In this document: positions 28,894 to 39,251 of the stretch, piece after piece
Layout of the letters: each line of letters begins with the position of its first letter
How positions within the stretch are numbered: position 1 is the stretch's first letter
Assembly: GCA_963996245.1 (NCBI GenBank)
Contig: CAXEIY010000221.1
Location: 5,360-69,359, forward strand
Length of the DNA: 64,000 nucleotides
Direction of reading: 5' to 3'
From: an uncultured Planctomycetia bacterium
GTDB lineage: Bacteria; Planctomycetota; Planctomycetia; CAXEIY01
Notes under the pieces: generated by a model
Seen by the model: the letters and a program-made list of their open reading frames with translations, nothing else
Told to the model about the DNA's origin: nothing
Database searches by the model: none
Made by a program: the position numbers and the translations under genes

Positions 28894-30540
28894 ATGCACA
28901 ATGCCCGCATGAATTCGCACGCATTTTCTCATTCTGAACAGGGCCCCACTACCGAAAATACCGGAGAACATGGGTTACTCCGGGCACTGGGTCGTCCTGA
29001 AGCTATTGCTCTAGTCGTTGGGAACGTGATTGGATCTGGTATCTTTTTCAAACCCGCGATCATCGCACAAACCATTTCTAGTGTCCCAGTAATCCTGTTT
29101 ATATGGGCAACAGGTGGACTGCTCTGTCTATTTGGTGCTTTATCCATCGCCGAACTTGCTGCGATGCTGCCACGTTCAGGAGGACTTTATGTTTACTTGC
29201 GTGAGGCCTATGGAAGATTGACTGCCTTTCTTTTTGGATGGACCGAGTTCTGGATCGTTCGTCCTGCCTCAATTGGTGCTTTAGCCACCGCCTTTACACT
29301 TCCTCTTCCATTACCGGACGCCGAACGCTTCGCCCTGTCTATTGGAGTCGTCCTGCTCCTCGCATGGGTCAATATCGCCGGTGTCATTTGGGGAGGCCAA
29401 TTACAGGATCTAACAACTCTCATAAAAGCAGTTTTCCTTGCCGGAATAGCACTGCTGCCTTTTATTTTCAATCACATATCACTGAGCCACTTAACCACTC
29501 ATCATACGTCATCCGACACAGGGCTCACGCTGTCCGGATTTGCAACCGCCCTGTTAGCAGTACTTTGGGCCTACAACGGCTGGCATCAGGTTACACCTGT
29601 AGCGGAAGAAATAAAAAACCCACAAAAAAACATTCCCTGGGCCCTGATTACCGGAATGGGAATTCTCATCGCACTCTACGTCACTGCCAATATAGCGTAT
29701 CACGGTGTGTTCTCACTGGAAGATCTTGCCCTTCAAAAAAACGTTGCCAGCAGTATGATCGATCGAATCATTGGTCCTGTGGGCGGTGCCGTGATGACCG
29801 GTCTGGTAATGTGTTCGGTATTTGGTGCGATCAACGGAACCATGCTTTACGGGCCACGAGTATTCTTTGCTATGGCGCGTGACCGATTATTTTTTTCCTC
29901 CCTGGGAAAAATTCACAAGACCAGACGAACACCGGGTTATGCCATCGCGTCCCAGGCAATACTGGCCATCATTCTCATGACTGCCACCGGTTTTATTCCC
30001 ATCCGAACTATTCAGGAAGAACTTCCCGAAGATCTGACCGATTTGGTCTTTCCTGACTCGTATTCAGGCCGAATCAGCATCGAAATAAAATCGAATGAAA
30101 ATAAGCAGAATCGAAAACCCTTTCTCATGTTCCGTGGAACACCCATGGGTTATCGTGAAAAACAAGAGCTCGCTGCAGTCACTGACCATCTGGCCTTTCA
30201 ACGTGCGTTGGAAACCATTTACCAATCTTCCAAATCGCACGTTTTTGAATTGCTTACAGATCTCGTCATATTCGGCGCAAGCATCTTCTACGTTCTCACG
30301 GTAGCAGCTGTGCTGGTACTACGACATTCAAACCCCCACCTCGAACGTCCGTATCAAACCTGGGGATATCCTTGGGTTCCCCTGACCTTCGTAGTGGTTT
30401 ATATATGGTTCCTTGGCACTCTTTTAGTGGATAACCCCCTTGAATCAGGAATTGGGATCGCCCTGATTGCGACTGGATTCCCAGCCTATTATTTCTGGCA
30501 CAAACGCCGCCACTCTACTGATCGTCCGATCGTTAACTAA
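28894..30540 (+). CDS. Amino acid permease (APC superfamily)
   Basis: The N-terminal LVVGNVIGSGIFFKP motif and about 12 TM segments, with a roughly 60-aa hydrophilic insertion near residue 400. Confidence 0.82.
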   Translation: MHNARMNSHAFSHSEQGPTTENTGEHGLLRALGRPEAIALVVGNVIGSGIFFKPAIIAQTISSVPVILFIWATGGLLCLFGALSIAELAAMLPRSGGLYVYLREAYGRLTAFLFGWTEFWIVRPASIGALATAFTLPLPLPDAERFALSIGVVLLLAWVNIAGVIWGGQLQDLTTLIKAVFLAGIALLPFIFNHISLSHLTTHHTSSDTGLTLSGFATALLAVLWAYNGWHQVTPVAEEIKNPQKNIPWALITGMGILIALYVTANIAYHGVFSLEDLALQKNVASSMIDRIIGPVGGAVMTGLVMCSVFGAINGTMLYGPRVFFAMARDRLFFSSLGKIHKTRRTPGYAIASQAILAIILMTATGFIPIRTIQEELPEDLTDLVFPDSYSGRISIEIKSNENKQNRKPFLMFRGTPMGYREKQELAAVTDHLAFQRALETIYQSSKSHVFELLTDLVIFGASIFYVLTVAAVLVLRHSNPHLERPYQTWGYPWVPLTFVVVYIWFLGTLLVDNPLESGIGIALIATGFPAYYFWHKRRHSTDRPIVN

Positions 30541-30542
30541 TC

Positions 30543-32063
30543 ATGATTCTTCATCCCCTCGATTTAACAGTTATTGGGATTTACCTTACAGCCATGGTGG
30601 CACTGGGCTTCTGGTTACGGCGCCAACAATCATCTTTGCGCCATTATTTCCTTGCTGACCGCAGTATGCGTTGGCCCATAATTACCCTTTCTATTGTCGC
30701 AACTGAAACCAGTACCGTTACCTTTCTCAGCATTCCTGCCATTACATATGCCGAAGGTGGAAATCTTGGATTCCTACAGATTGCACTGGGCTATATAGCT
30801 GGACGATTTTTAGTCTGTGGCATTTTTCTCAAAAGCTACTTCTCTGGCGACACTTTCACCTCATACGAAATTCTACATCAACGATTCGGGCAACGAGTCA
30901 AAGAAACAGCCAGCATACTTTTCCTTATCACGCGCAGCCTTTCTGATGGATTGAGGCTCTTTCTAACAGCCCTGGCCCTGCAAACCGTACTATCACCGTT
31001 GTTCGATGGCCCTTCCTTTGGAGTATTTGCGTTTTCTGTTTTAACGATCGGATGTTTGACTATCTGCTGTACGTTGATGGGCGGTATACGAGCCGTTTTC
31101 TGGATGGATGCCAGTCAGTTTTTTGTATATATGACAGGAGCCTGTGTCGCCCTGTTTCTGTTGATTGACTTTTTGGGTGGCAATCTATTCCAGTTTGTCA
31201 CGTTTGGCCTGGACACCGGACGTCTACAACTCTTCGATTTCTCTATCAATCACAACATCTACAATAATCCAAATAACTTCTGGGTCGCGTTTACAGGTGG
31301 AGCGATACTCAGTACCGCAACGCACGGCACCGATCAACTGATGGTCCAACGTTATCTTGCGGCACAATCCCAGCGCCATGCGGCAATAGCGTTACGCCTG
31401 AGTGGCATCGTAGTGTTCCTGCAGTTCTTTGTGTTTCTATTGATTGGTATTGGTCTGGCTGCCTACTATCAGCAGGCTCCTCCCCAACATCCCTTCCAAC
31501 GGACAGACGAAGTCTTTGCACGATTTCTGGTAGAAAAAATGCCAGTCGGTTTACGAGGTCTGGTTTTCGCCGGAGTTTTTTCAGCAGCCATGAGCACGCT
31601 TTCCAGCTCTCTGAACTCATCAGCAACAACATCTATCAACGATCTTTATGTTTCTCGCAAACGCAAAACACGAGACGACCCTTCTTTACTTCCACTCGCA
31701 AAACAGTTAACTGTCTTTTGGGGGCTTGTCCAGATGGTCGTTGCATTCGTAGCCATCACCATCCTACAGAGAGACGTTATCACAAGTGTGCTGACAATTA
31801 CCGGGTTCACGACGGGAATCACACTAGGACTGTTCCTGTTAGCCTTTACGAACCAACACATCCGCCCTCTGTCTGCACTCTGGGCGATGGTATTTGGCAC
31901 AATAGGGATGACTCTCATCTGGCAATACACCCATCTGGCATGGCCCCTGTATTCCCTTGCGGCATCCCTCATCACTTACGTTTCAGGGACGTTGATCCAA
32001 CTTCTTTTCGATGGTCGTAAGAACCCTGATAATCCTGAGACCAACATTGCCAGTTCTTCATAA
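30543..32063 (+). CDS. Sodium:solute symporter (SSS family)
   Basis: It starts 3 bp after the APC gene stop. The polytopic N-terminus (IGIYLTAMVALGFWL...YFLADRSMRWP) is typical of SSS. Confidence 0.75.
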   Translation: MILHPLDLTVIGIYLTAMVALGFWLRRQQSSLRHYFLADRSMRWPIITLSIVATETSTVTFLSIPAITYAEGGNLGFLQIALGYIAGRFLVCGIFLKSYFSGDTFTSYEILHQRFGQRVKETASILFLITRSLSDGLRLFLTALALQTVLSPLFDGPSFGVFAFSVLTIGCLTICCTLMGGIRAVFWMDASQFFVYMTGACVALFLLIDFLGGNLFQFVTFGLDTGRLQLFDFSINHNIYNNPNNFWVAFTGGAILSTATHGTDQLMVQRYLAAQSQRHAAIALRLSGIVVFLQFFVFLLIGIGLAAYYQQAPPQHPFQRTDEVFARFLVEKMPVGLRGLVFAGVFSAAMSTLSSSLNSSATTSINDLYVSRKRKTRDDPSLLPLAKQLTVFWGLVQMVVAFVAITILQRDVITSVLTITGFTTGITLGLFLLAFTNQHIRPLSALWAMVFGTIGMTLIWQYTHLAWPLYSLAASLITYVSGTLIQLLFDGRKNPDNPETNIASSS

Positions 32064-32202
32064 GCCAGGTGCCGTGAAACCGTAAAATCCAATCCTGTTC
32101 CCAACATATCCTTTACGACTCAAAACCGTTCGTCCGTTACAGTACAATAAATATGGACTCTCTCCGGTATGATAACACCGCTTCCAGCTCCTTGCTGATT
32201 TC

Positions 32203-33606
32203 GTGGACCAGATGAACAAGTATTCTGATTCAGACCGTTTATCCTCTGACCACCCAGTGCGCGATCCGTCAACTAAAAAAAAACACAAGCAACCAACATC
32301 CGAGTCAAGTCCCGCTGAAAAAGCACGTGGGTTTCCCACCACGCCAGGGGTCTATCTCATGAAAGATAGACAGGGACGGGTCATTTATATTGGTAAGGCA
32401 AAAAATCTTCGTCACCGGGCATCCAGTTACTTTACCTCGGCAGCATCGTTAGAACGACGTACAGCCGATCTCGTTCCAGAGATTGCGGACATTGATTATC
32501 TTGATGCCGATAGTGAAGTGGACGCGCTTCTTATGGAAGCGCGACTATGCAAAGATATTCAACCAAAGTTTAACCAGGAGCTGAAGGACGACAAGTCCTT
32601 CCCTTATCTCGAGATTTTCGTACGTGAGGACTTTCCACGTGTCGAATTTACTCGAACCCCACAGGACCGTGGCACCCGGCTTTACGGTCCCTTTGCAAAC
32701 GCAGGAAGTCTCCGTGGAGCCATTCAGGTCCTACAGAAGATTTTCAAATTTCGCACCTGTACCCTCGATATCAAGACAACCGAACCTGAAAAATGGAAAT
32801 GGTTTCGCCCCTGTCTTTTACACAGCATCAACCAATGTACCGCACCCTGTAATCTGCGCATTTCCAGAGAAGAATATCGCAAAGATATTCACCGCCTTCG
32901 AATGTTTCTTGAAGGTAAAAAAGACCGTGTTCTGATTGACCTGAAAAAGGAAATGCAACAGGCTTCTCAGAACCTTAAATATGAAAAAGCCGCACGTATT
33001 CGGGACGAAATTCACGCACTTGAAACCCTTAACCTCCGAGGAGATCTCGACACTCATGTTCAACCCGAAGTCTTTTTCATTGATCCGAACAAAGGACTCA
33101 CTGGACTGCGTAAAGTGCTACAGCTACCCGAAATACCTCGAACGATTGAGGGAATTGACATTGCCCATCTTAGCGGCAAGGATACGGTAGCAAGCCTGGT
33201 CCAATTTATTGATGGTGTTCCCTTTAAACCCGGCTACCGTCGATACCGTATTCGATCGGTAGAGGGAGTCGACGATTACGCCAGTATCCGTGAAGTGGTC
33301 AGCCGACGATTCCGAATCTCGGATAAAAAGGAGAGCATCCTTCCTGATCTCCTCCTTATCGACGGTGGTAAAGGACAACTGCATGCAGCCCTGGAGGCTA
33401 TGCAGGCAATAAATATTTCCCCCCCTGTAACCGTAGGTTTGGCCAAACAACACGAAGAGCTCTTCCTTCCCGATCACCCTGACCCCATTCGTTTGAACCG
33501 TCATAGTTACGCACTGCGTTTACTCCAGTATGTTCGCGACGAAGCACACCGTTTTGCGCAACACTATCACCACCTTCTTCAGCACAAACGAATACGCGAG
33601 AGCTGA
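32203..33606 (+). CDS. uvrC: UvrC-like excinuclease with GIY-YIG, Cys-rich, UVR and RNase H-like endonuclease domains, but lacking the C-terminal (HhH)2 domain
   Basis: PGVYLMKDRQGRVIYIGKAKNLRHRASSYF is the GIY-YIG motif. FRPCLLHSINQCTAPC is the UvrC Cys region. The UVR motif is present, and IEGIDIAHLSG...RDEAHRF is the C-terminal nuclease domain. The ORF ends at 467 aa, and the next gene starts 120 bp later. Confidence 0.8.
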   Translation: MDQMNKYSDSDRLSSDHPVRDPSTKKKHKQPTSESSPAEKARGFPTTPGVYLMKDRQGRVIYIGKAKNLRHRASSYFTSAASLERRTADLVPEIADIDYLDADSEVDALLMEARLCKDIQPKFNQELKDDKSFPYLEIFVREDFPRVEFTRTPQDRGTRLYGPFANAGSLRGAIQVLQKIFKFRTCTLDIKTTEPEKWKWFRPCLLHSINQCTAPCNLRISREEYRKDIHRLRMFLEGKKDRVLIDLKKEMQQASQNLKYEKAARIRDEIHALETLNLRGDLDTHVQPEVFFIDPNKGLTGLRKVLQLPEIPRTIEGIDIAHLSGKDTVASLVQFIDGVPFKPGYRRYRIRSVEGVDDYASIREVVSRRFRISDKKESILPDLLLIDGGKGQLHAALEAMQAINISPPVTVGLAKQHEELFLPDHPDPIRLNRHSYALRLLQYVRDEAHRFAQHYHHLLQHKRIRES

Positions 33607-33724
33607 TTTCGTAACAAACACTCAACGGAATCATACATCCCTAATTGGGTTGCAATTTGACCTGTTAATGGAAACGATTAAGATAAATAAACTCCGTTCA
33701 CGCTTGGGTTAGAGGTGTGCATTA

Positions 33725-35977
33725 ATGTACCGAGTAACCAAACGTCTCACGATTCCACTGACCGCGCTGATCGTGATTGCATTTAACCACTCGAGCGGAG
33801 GTTCTGACCATTCACAGACGCCCCGTGAACCCGGTCCGAATCACTGGGCCTTCGAACCCATTTCCCGCCCCCCCGTTCCCACACCTCGAGAAAGTCACCG
33901 CATATCCAACCCGATTGATTCCTTTCTCCTGACAAAACTTGAATCGACTGAACTGAGTTACTCTACCCCGGCAATCAAACACGAGTTGTTAAGGCGTGTT
34001 ACTTTTGACCTGACTGGCCTCCCTCCTGCCCCAGAAGATATTTCAAGCTTTGTCAACGATCCGTCCCCGTTTGCTTACGAACGACTGGTTGAACGCTTGC
34101 TTTCAAGTCCGCATTACGGAGAATCCTGGGCCCGTAAATGGCTTGACTTGGTCCGATATGCAGAAACAGCAGGATTTAACGCCGACCCTCTTCGACCTCT
34201 GGCATACCGGTATCGCGACTATGTCATTCAGTCACTGAACACAGATAAACCCTACGACCAGTTCGTTCAGGAACAAATAGCCGGTGACGAACTCTGGCCC
34301 AGTCGAGAAGAAGCTGTGATCGCTACCGGATACAACTTACTCTGGCCTGACGAAAGCAATGCTTCAGACGTTCTGCTGGCGCGACAGGATGCGCTTAATG
34401 ATTTGACTCGTAATGTAGGTGCTGTATTCCTCGGACTGTCCATTGGTTGTGCTCAATGTCACGACCACAAATTTGATCCCCTTCTGCAAACAGATTTTTA
34501 TCAATTGCAAGCCTTTTTCGCAGGCATCGTTCCGGTTGAAACAGTGGTCATAGGGAACGATAAAGAGCTCCAGCGCTACCGTGAACAGGTTCAGAACTGG
34601 CATAGCAATACAGACCATCACTTCCATCAACTGCATGCCATAGAATCCAAAGCACGCGCCAAGGCTGCCGCAGTCAAACGAATGAAATTTCCTGACGTGG
34701 TACTACAGGCAATCGATACTTCACCTCAAAACCGCACGGCTTTTCAACACCAATTGGCCTTCTGGTCGGAACGTCAGATCATACTGAAAGAGGAAGAACT
34801 ACTAGCCGTATTAACCAAAGACCAGCAAAATGAACGCGTTCGATTGAAAAAACTCCTGACAGAATTAGAAAATGACAAGCCTGTGCCCCCCAAAGTACTG
34901 CCAGCTTTAGCCTCCGTTGAAATTTCATCTGTAGTACCTGTAACCAATCTCCTGAGCGGTGGTAATTACACAAAACCACTGCAACGTATGGAACCGGGAT
35001 TTCCACGCGTTCTCACCGCCCGCTCCAGCCCTCATCCCGTTATTCAATCCCCCAGGTCCAGTACATCCGGACGACGTACGGCACTCGCCCGATGGCTGAC
35101 CCATCCATCGAATCCTCTCACCGCACGTGTTATGGTTAACCGAATCTGGCAGGGCCACTTCGGGCAGGGACTTGTTTCAAATGCAAACGACTTTGGCACA
35201 CAAACCCCTGCACCATTGCATCCGGAGCTTCTAGACTGGCTGGCCACGGAGTTTATCCAAAGTAATTGGAGTATCAAAACCCTACATCGACTTATCGTCA
35301 CTTCTTCAGTATACCGACAATCCAGTCGCGCAACCGGAGAAACAATCTCCTCCCAATATGCTGAAAAACGAGATCCTGAAAACCGATTGTACTGGCATTT
35401 TCCCCAAAAAAGGCTGCCGGCAGAAAGTATCCGTGATGCGATTCTCCTGACTTCCGGAATTCTGAATCGTCGAATGTCAGGACCAGGAATCAAGCCTCCA
35501 CTTCCCGCGAACTTCAGTAAGAGACACGGCTGGGATCCCAGCACAGATAAAGGTGAACATACGCGCCGCTCCGTCTACATTCATGCAAAGCGAAACCTTC
35601 CCTACCCTATCTTAAAGGCTTTTGATTTGCCGGATTCACATGAGAGCTGTGCGAAACGCTCCATAACAACGGTTTCGCCCCAGGCACTACTGCTTCTCAA
35701 TAGCCCCATGATTCTTGAGTTCTCAAAAGCGTTTGCGCAACGCATCCTTCTGAACCGTGATGATCCCTCCCTCGAATCGATTGTCGAAAAAGCGTTTTTG
35801 CTAGCCTATTGTCGACCTGCCACAGAACAGGAACAAAAGTCAGCTCTCAGTTTCCTCAAAGGTCAGGTGACTCTCTATAAACGGGAAAAAAAGGAAGCCC
35901 CGATTGGCATGGAACTTTCTGTACGTGACTTTTGCCATGCTTTGTTCAATTCGAATGAATTTATTTACATCGATTGA
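33725..35977 (+). CDS. DUF1549/DUF1553 domain protein (Planctomycete PSD1-type), secreted
   Basis: Signal peptide, then DLVRYAETAGF (DUF1549) and MVNRIWQGHFGQGLV (DUF1553). It is followed by a DUF1501 gene, the canonical pair in Planctomycetes. Confidence 0.85.
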   Translation: MYRVTKRLTIPLTALIVIAFNHSSGGSDHSQTPREPGPNHWAFEPISRPPVPTPRESHRISNPIDSFLLTKLESTELSYSTPAIKHELLRRVTFDLTGLPPAPEDISSFVNDPSPFAYERLVERLLSSPHYGESWARKWLDLVRYAETAGFNADPLRPLAYRYRDYVIQSLNTDKPYDQFVQEQIAGDELWPSREEAVIATGYNLLWPDESNASDVLLARQDALNDLTRNVGAVFLGLSIGCAQCHDHKFDPLLQTDFYQLQAFFAGIVPVETVVIGNDKELQRYREQVQNWHSNTDHHFHQLHAIESKARAKAAAVKRMKFPDVVLQAIDTSPQNRTAFQHQLAFWSERQIILKEEELLAVLTKDQQNERVRLKKLLTELENDKPVPPKVLPALASVEISSVVPVTNLLSGGNYTKPLQRMEPGFPRVLTARSSPHPVIQSPRSSTSGRRTALARWLTHPSNPLTARVMVNRIWQGHFGQGLVSNANDFGTQTPAPLHPELLDWLATEFIQSNWSIKTLHRLIVTSSVYRQSSRATGETISSQYAEKRDPENRLYWHFPQKRLPAESIRDAILLTSGILNRRMSGPGIKPPLPANFSKRHGWDPSTDKGEHTRRSVYIHAKRNLPYPILKAFDLPDSHESCAKRSITTVSPQALLLLNSPMILEFSKAFAQRILLNRDDPSLESIVEKAFLLAYCRPATEQEQKSALSFLKGQVTLYKREKKEAPIGMELSVRDFCHALFNSNEFIYID

Positions 35978-36087
35978 AGACCCCCACCAACCATCCCGTA
36001 ATGAACTCCTTGTTTTCCAACTACGATGACAACAGGCTGGCCAAATACCTACAATGAATTTTCAAACACCACAACACGTGAGCTGAA

Positions 36088-37554
36088 ATGATGACACACG
36101 CCTCCATTACTACAGCTGAATCTACCCAGCCTTCACCCAATAGACGGGACTTTCTTTTTCAGGCGGGAGCAGGCCTTGGGGCTATTGCCTTACAATCACT
36201 ACTGCTGCAAGATCCGGTTTTTCGCACCAACCGTATCCATGCTTCGTATTCTGACACACACTCCCCATCGACAGGACCCGCTCACCTAAAACCTCGAGCC
36301 AAGAATATTATTTACCTGTTTATGGATGGTGGCCCCAGCCACCTGGATACATTTGATCCCAAACCGCTAATCAATAAGTATGCTGGAAATCCGCTACCCG
36401 ATTCCATCGAGCGCGTTATTACCCCCATGGGGGTCTCCAACAATTCTATCCTTCCGAGTCAAAGAAAGTGGAAGTATTGTGGGAAATCCGGAATACCCGT
36501 ATCGGACTGGTATCCGCATGTGGGTGAATGCGCCGACGACCTTTGTGTAATTCGATCCTGCTGGGCAAATGGCCTGAATCATGTCGGCAGCGTTTCACAA
36601 ATGAACACGGGAAGCATTCTGGGAGGAAGGCCGAGTCTCGGCGCCTGGGTCAGCTATGGACTGGGAACAGAAAATCAGAATCTACCCTCTTTTGTAGTGT
36701 TGCTTGACAACGCAAAAGAACCACCCGGAGGCTCACGTGTGTGGGGAACCGGTTTCATGCCAGCCCAGTTTCAGGGAACGCGATTTCGCAACGGTGAAAC
36801 ACCCATTTTGCACCTTTCTCCTCCGTCATCGGTATCCGTAAACCAACAACGAAACAAACTTGATTTTATTAATAAACTCAATGAACAACACCGCCAGAGG
36901 CGCAGGATTAATCAACAACTGAAAGCCAGAATCGAAGCTTACGAGCTTGCTTTTCGTATGCAAACACACGCCCCAGAAGCTATTGATCTTTCACAGGAAA
37001 CACAATCTACCCTAGAAATGTACGGTATCCATAGTCCACAAACCGCTGCGTTCGGAAAAAACTGCCTACTTGCCAGAAGACTGGTAGAGCGCGGCGTCCG
37101 TTTTGTTCAACTATATTCTGGATCAGGTAGCAAATGGGATGCGCACAGTGCAATTGAAAAAAATCATTCCGATCGTTGTGGTGAAACCGATTTGCCCATT
37201 GCGGGTCTTTTAAAAGACCTAAAAAGACGTGGTCTCCTAGAAGAAACTCTCGTTATATGGGGAGGCGAATTTGGACGAACTCCGATGTCAGAAAAAGGAG
37301 ATGGACGCGATCACAACCCTTACGGATTCACTATCTGGATGGCAGGCGGAGGTACCCGTGGAGGAAGAATCGTCGGTGAGACAGATGATTTTGGTTTGCA
37401 CGCAATACAAAACCGTGCCCACGTACACGATATTCATGCCACGATCCTTCACCTTGCTGGATTGAATCACGAGCAACTTGTTTTTCAACGTCAGGGTCGT
37501 CCCGAACGCGCAACGGTCAATGAAGGGCGAGTGATTAAAGAAGTTTTCTCCTGA
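36088..37554 (+). CDS. DUF1501 family protein (Tat signal RRDFLFQAGAGLGA)
   Basis: The twin-arginine motif and the GGPSHLDTFDPKP and GRDHNPYGF blocks. It is a paralog of 12912..14312. Confidence 0.85.
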   Translation: MMTHASITTAESTQPSPNRRDFLFQAGAGLGAIALQSLLLQDPVFRTNRIHASYSDTHSPSTGPAHLKPRAKNIIYLFMDGGPSHLDTFDPKPLINKYAGNPLPDSIERVITPMGVSNNSILPSQRKWKYCGKSGIPVSDWYPHVGECADDLCVIRSCWANGLNHVGSVSQMNTGSILGGRPSLGAWVSYGLGTENQNLPSFVVLLDNAKEPPGGSRVWGTGFMPAQFQGTRFRNGETPILHLSPPSSVSVNQQRNKLDFINKLNEQHRQRRRINQQLKARIEAYELAFRMQTHAPEAIDLSQETQSTLEMYGIHSPQTAAFGKNCLLARRLVERGVRFVQLYSGSGSKWDAHSAIEKNHSDRCGETDLPIAGLLKDLKRRGLLEETLVIWGGEFGRTPMSEKGDGRDHNPYGFTIWMAGGGTRGGRIVGETDDFGLHAIQNRAHVHDIHATILHLAGLNHEQLVFQRQGRPERATVNEGRVIKEVFS

Positions 37555-37919
37555 TCTGACCCTGGTATAACTCCTGCAAAACAGCGCCCCTCTCATAAAC
37601 ACGCATACATCCTTTTCTTTCTGTTCATCTGACAGCTGGTTAACAGAAAGTTCCATATGCTCTCAATCAACAGAAAAACTGATGTTTACTGTATTGCAGT
37701 AAGTGTTCTTTTCGACCATTCTCAGAAATGAGTCCTTCTCCGAATTCGCGACTCCGATGATGACCGGATTAGCCGTTACTTGAAAGTTCAACCCATTCGA
37801 TGCTTTTTAACAAGACTGCCTGTAGATGGTAGCTCAAGAATCCAAGGTCATACGTTCTCGAACCAACTCTGACACTTCCATATGTCAATGAATTCAAATT
37901 TCCCACTACCCCGGATCTC

Positions 37920-39248
37920 ATGAGTAATACTGATTCTCTCAACTCGAAAATTCCGGATACCGTTTTAATTACGGGTGCTACAGGATTCATTGGGAAAGCA
38001 ACGGTCCAACATTTCCTCAAGGAAGGATACCGTGTTCGCGCTCTCGTTAGACCGACTGGCCATTGGCCGTTTGACCCACACCCTTTACTCGAAAAATTCC
38101 AGGGAGATATGCAAGATCACAAATCTCTCATCCTCGCTACGGATTCGGTAAAATGGGTAGTACATCTCGCAACGGCCAAATCTGACGAACCCGACAGCTG
38201 GGAAACCAATGTAACCGGAGCGCAACATCTGGTCGACGCCTGCCAGATCAACCATATTCAAGCAATCGTCAATGTCAGTACACAATCAACCAAATTGATG
38301 CGCAAAGGGATATATGGGCGTACCAAACATCAGGCAGACACACTGTTTCACAATGCCTCTGTTCCCACCATGACCTTGTTGGTCAGTGTTGTTTACGGCG
38401 ACTTGACCAGTGGAGTTTTTGGCAGTCTGGCACGATTCAGTCAATGGCCCATTACACCGGTAATCGGCAACGGCCGTTGTCGATTCAGACCTATCTATAG
38501 GGATGATCTCGCCCGGTCGATCGTACAGCTCATTTCACAGCCCTTTGACAATAGCAAAGTAATAGACATCGGTGGGCCTGATCTCATTTCCCTGAATCAA
38601 TTGATCGATATCCTTTCCAAAAAGTTGGGCAAAATATCTATGCGTTTACATTTGCCCATATGGTTTGGCCTCCTGGTTGGAACGATACTTACTTTCTTGC
38701 GATTCCCTCTGATTACGGTTAGTAATGTCCGTGGATCGACTGAAGAAATTCCCATGGACCTCTCACTCTATTTGAACACTATTGATTTCATTCCACGAAA
38801 TTTAGAACAAGGGTTGCAAACGATCCTCTCCTGCCGCATGGAAGAAGGTATTTCACTGTTGGCATATTCTGCATCGTCATTTGATCGGCACTGGAAACCA
38901 AAACCAGCACTCATAGCAAAATACATACGGGCACTGGAGTCCCTCCAGATTAATTCTCAACACCGTCTCGACCGATCCGTTTTAAGAAAACCATCCATTA
39001 TTGGAGGTCTCGATGCTGCCTCAAGAATACTGGCCCCGAATTGCATTCTCCAACAGAAGCTGAAAATTGCAGCGTCGTTGATGGAATGCGATCCCGATTC
39101 TGCAAACTGGTTACTTCCCAGTAAGCAATCGACTGTATCAATGGTATGTTTTGCAACAGCGATGCTTCTCAGGATTATTCATAAGGGCCTACTGGCTTTG
39201 CTTTTGCTTTGTTTTCGACGTTTCTATATCCGTAATACCGGACTGTGA
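37920..39248 (+). CDS. NAD(P)-dependent epimerase/dehydratase-family (extended SDR) protein with a roughly 170-aa C-terminal extension containing a hydrophobic segment
   Basis: VLITGATGFIGKATVQHFLKEGYRVRAL is the Rossmann GxxGxxG motif. The C-terminal third is unassigned. Confidence 0.72.
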   Translation: MSNTDSLNSKIPDTVLITGATGFIGKATVQHFLKEGYRVRALVRPTGHWPFDPHPLLEKFQGDMQDHKSLILATDSVKWVVHLATAKSDEPDSWETNVTGAQHLVDACQINHIQAIVNVSTQSTKLMRKGIYGRTKHQADTLFHNASVPTMTLLVSVVYGDLTSGVFGSLARFSQWPITPVIGNGRCRFRPIYRDDLARSIVQLISQPFDNSKVIDIGGPDLISLNQLIDILSKKLGKISMRLHLPIWFGLLVGTILTFLRFPLITVSNVRGSTEEIPMDLSLYLNTIDFIPRNLEQGLQTILSCRMEEGISLLAYSASSFDRHWKPKPALIAKYIRALESLQINSQHRLDRSVLRKPSIIGGLDAASRILAPNCILQQKLKIAASLMECDPDSANWLLPSKQSTVSMVCFATAMLLRIIHKGLLALLLLCFRRFYIRNTGL

Positions 39249-39251
39249 AAA

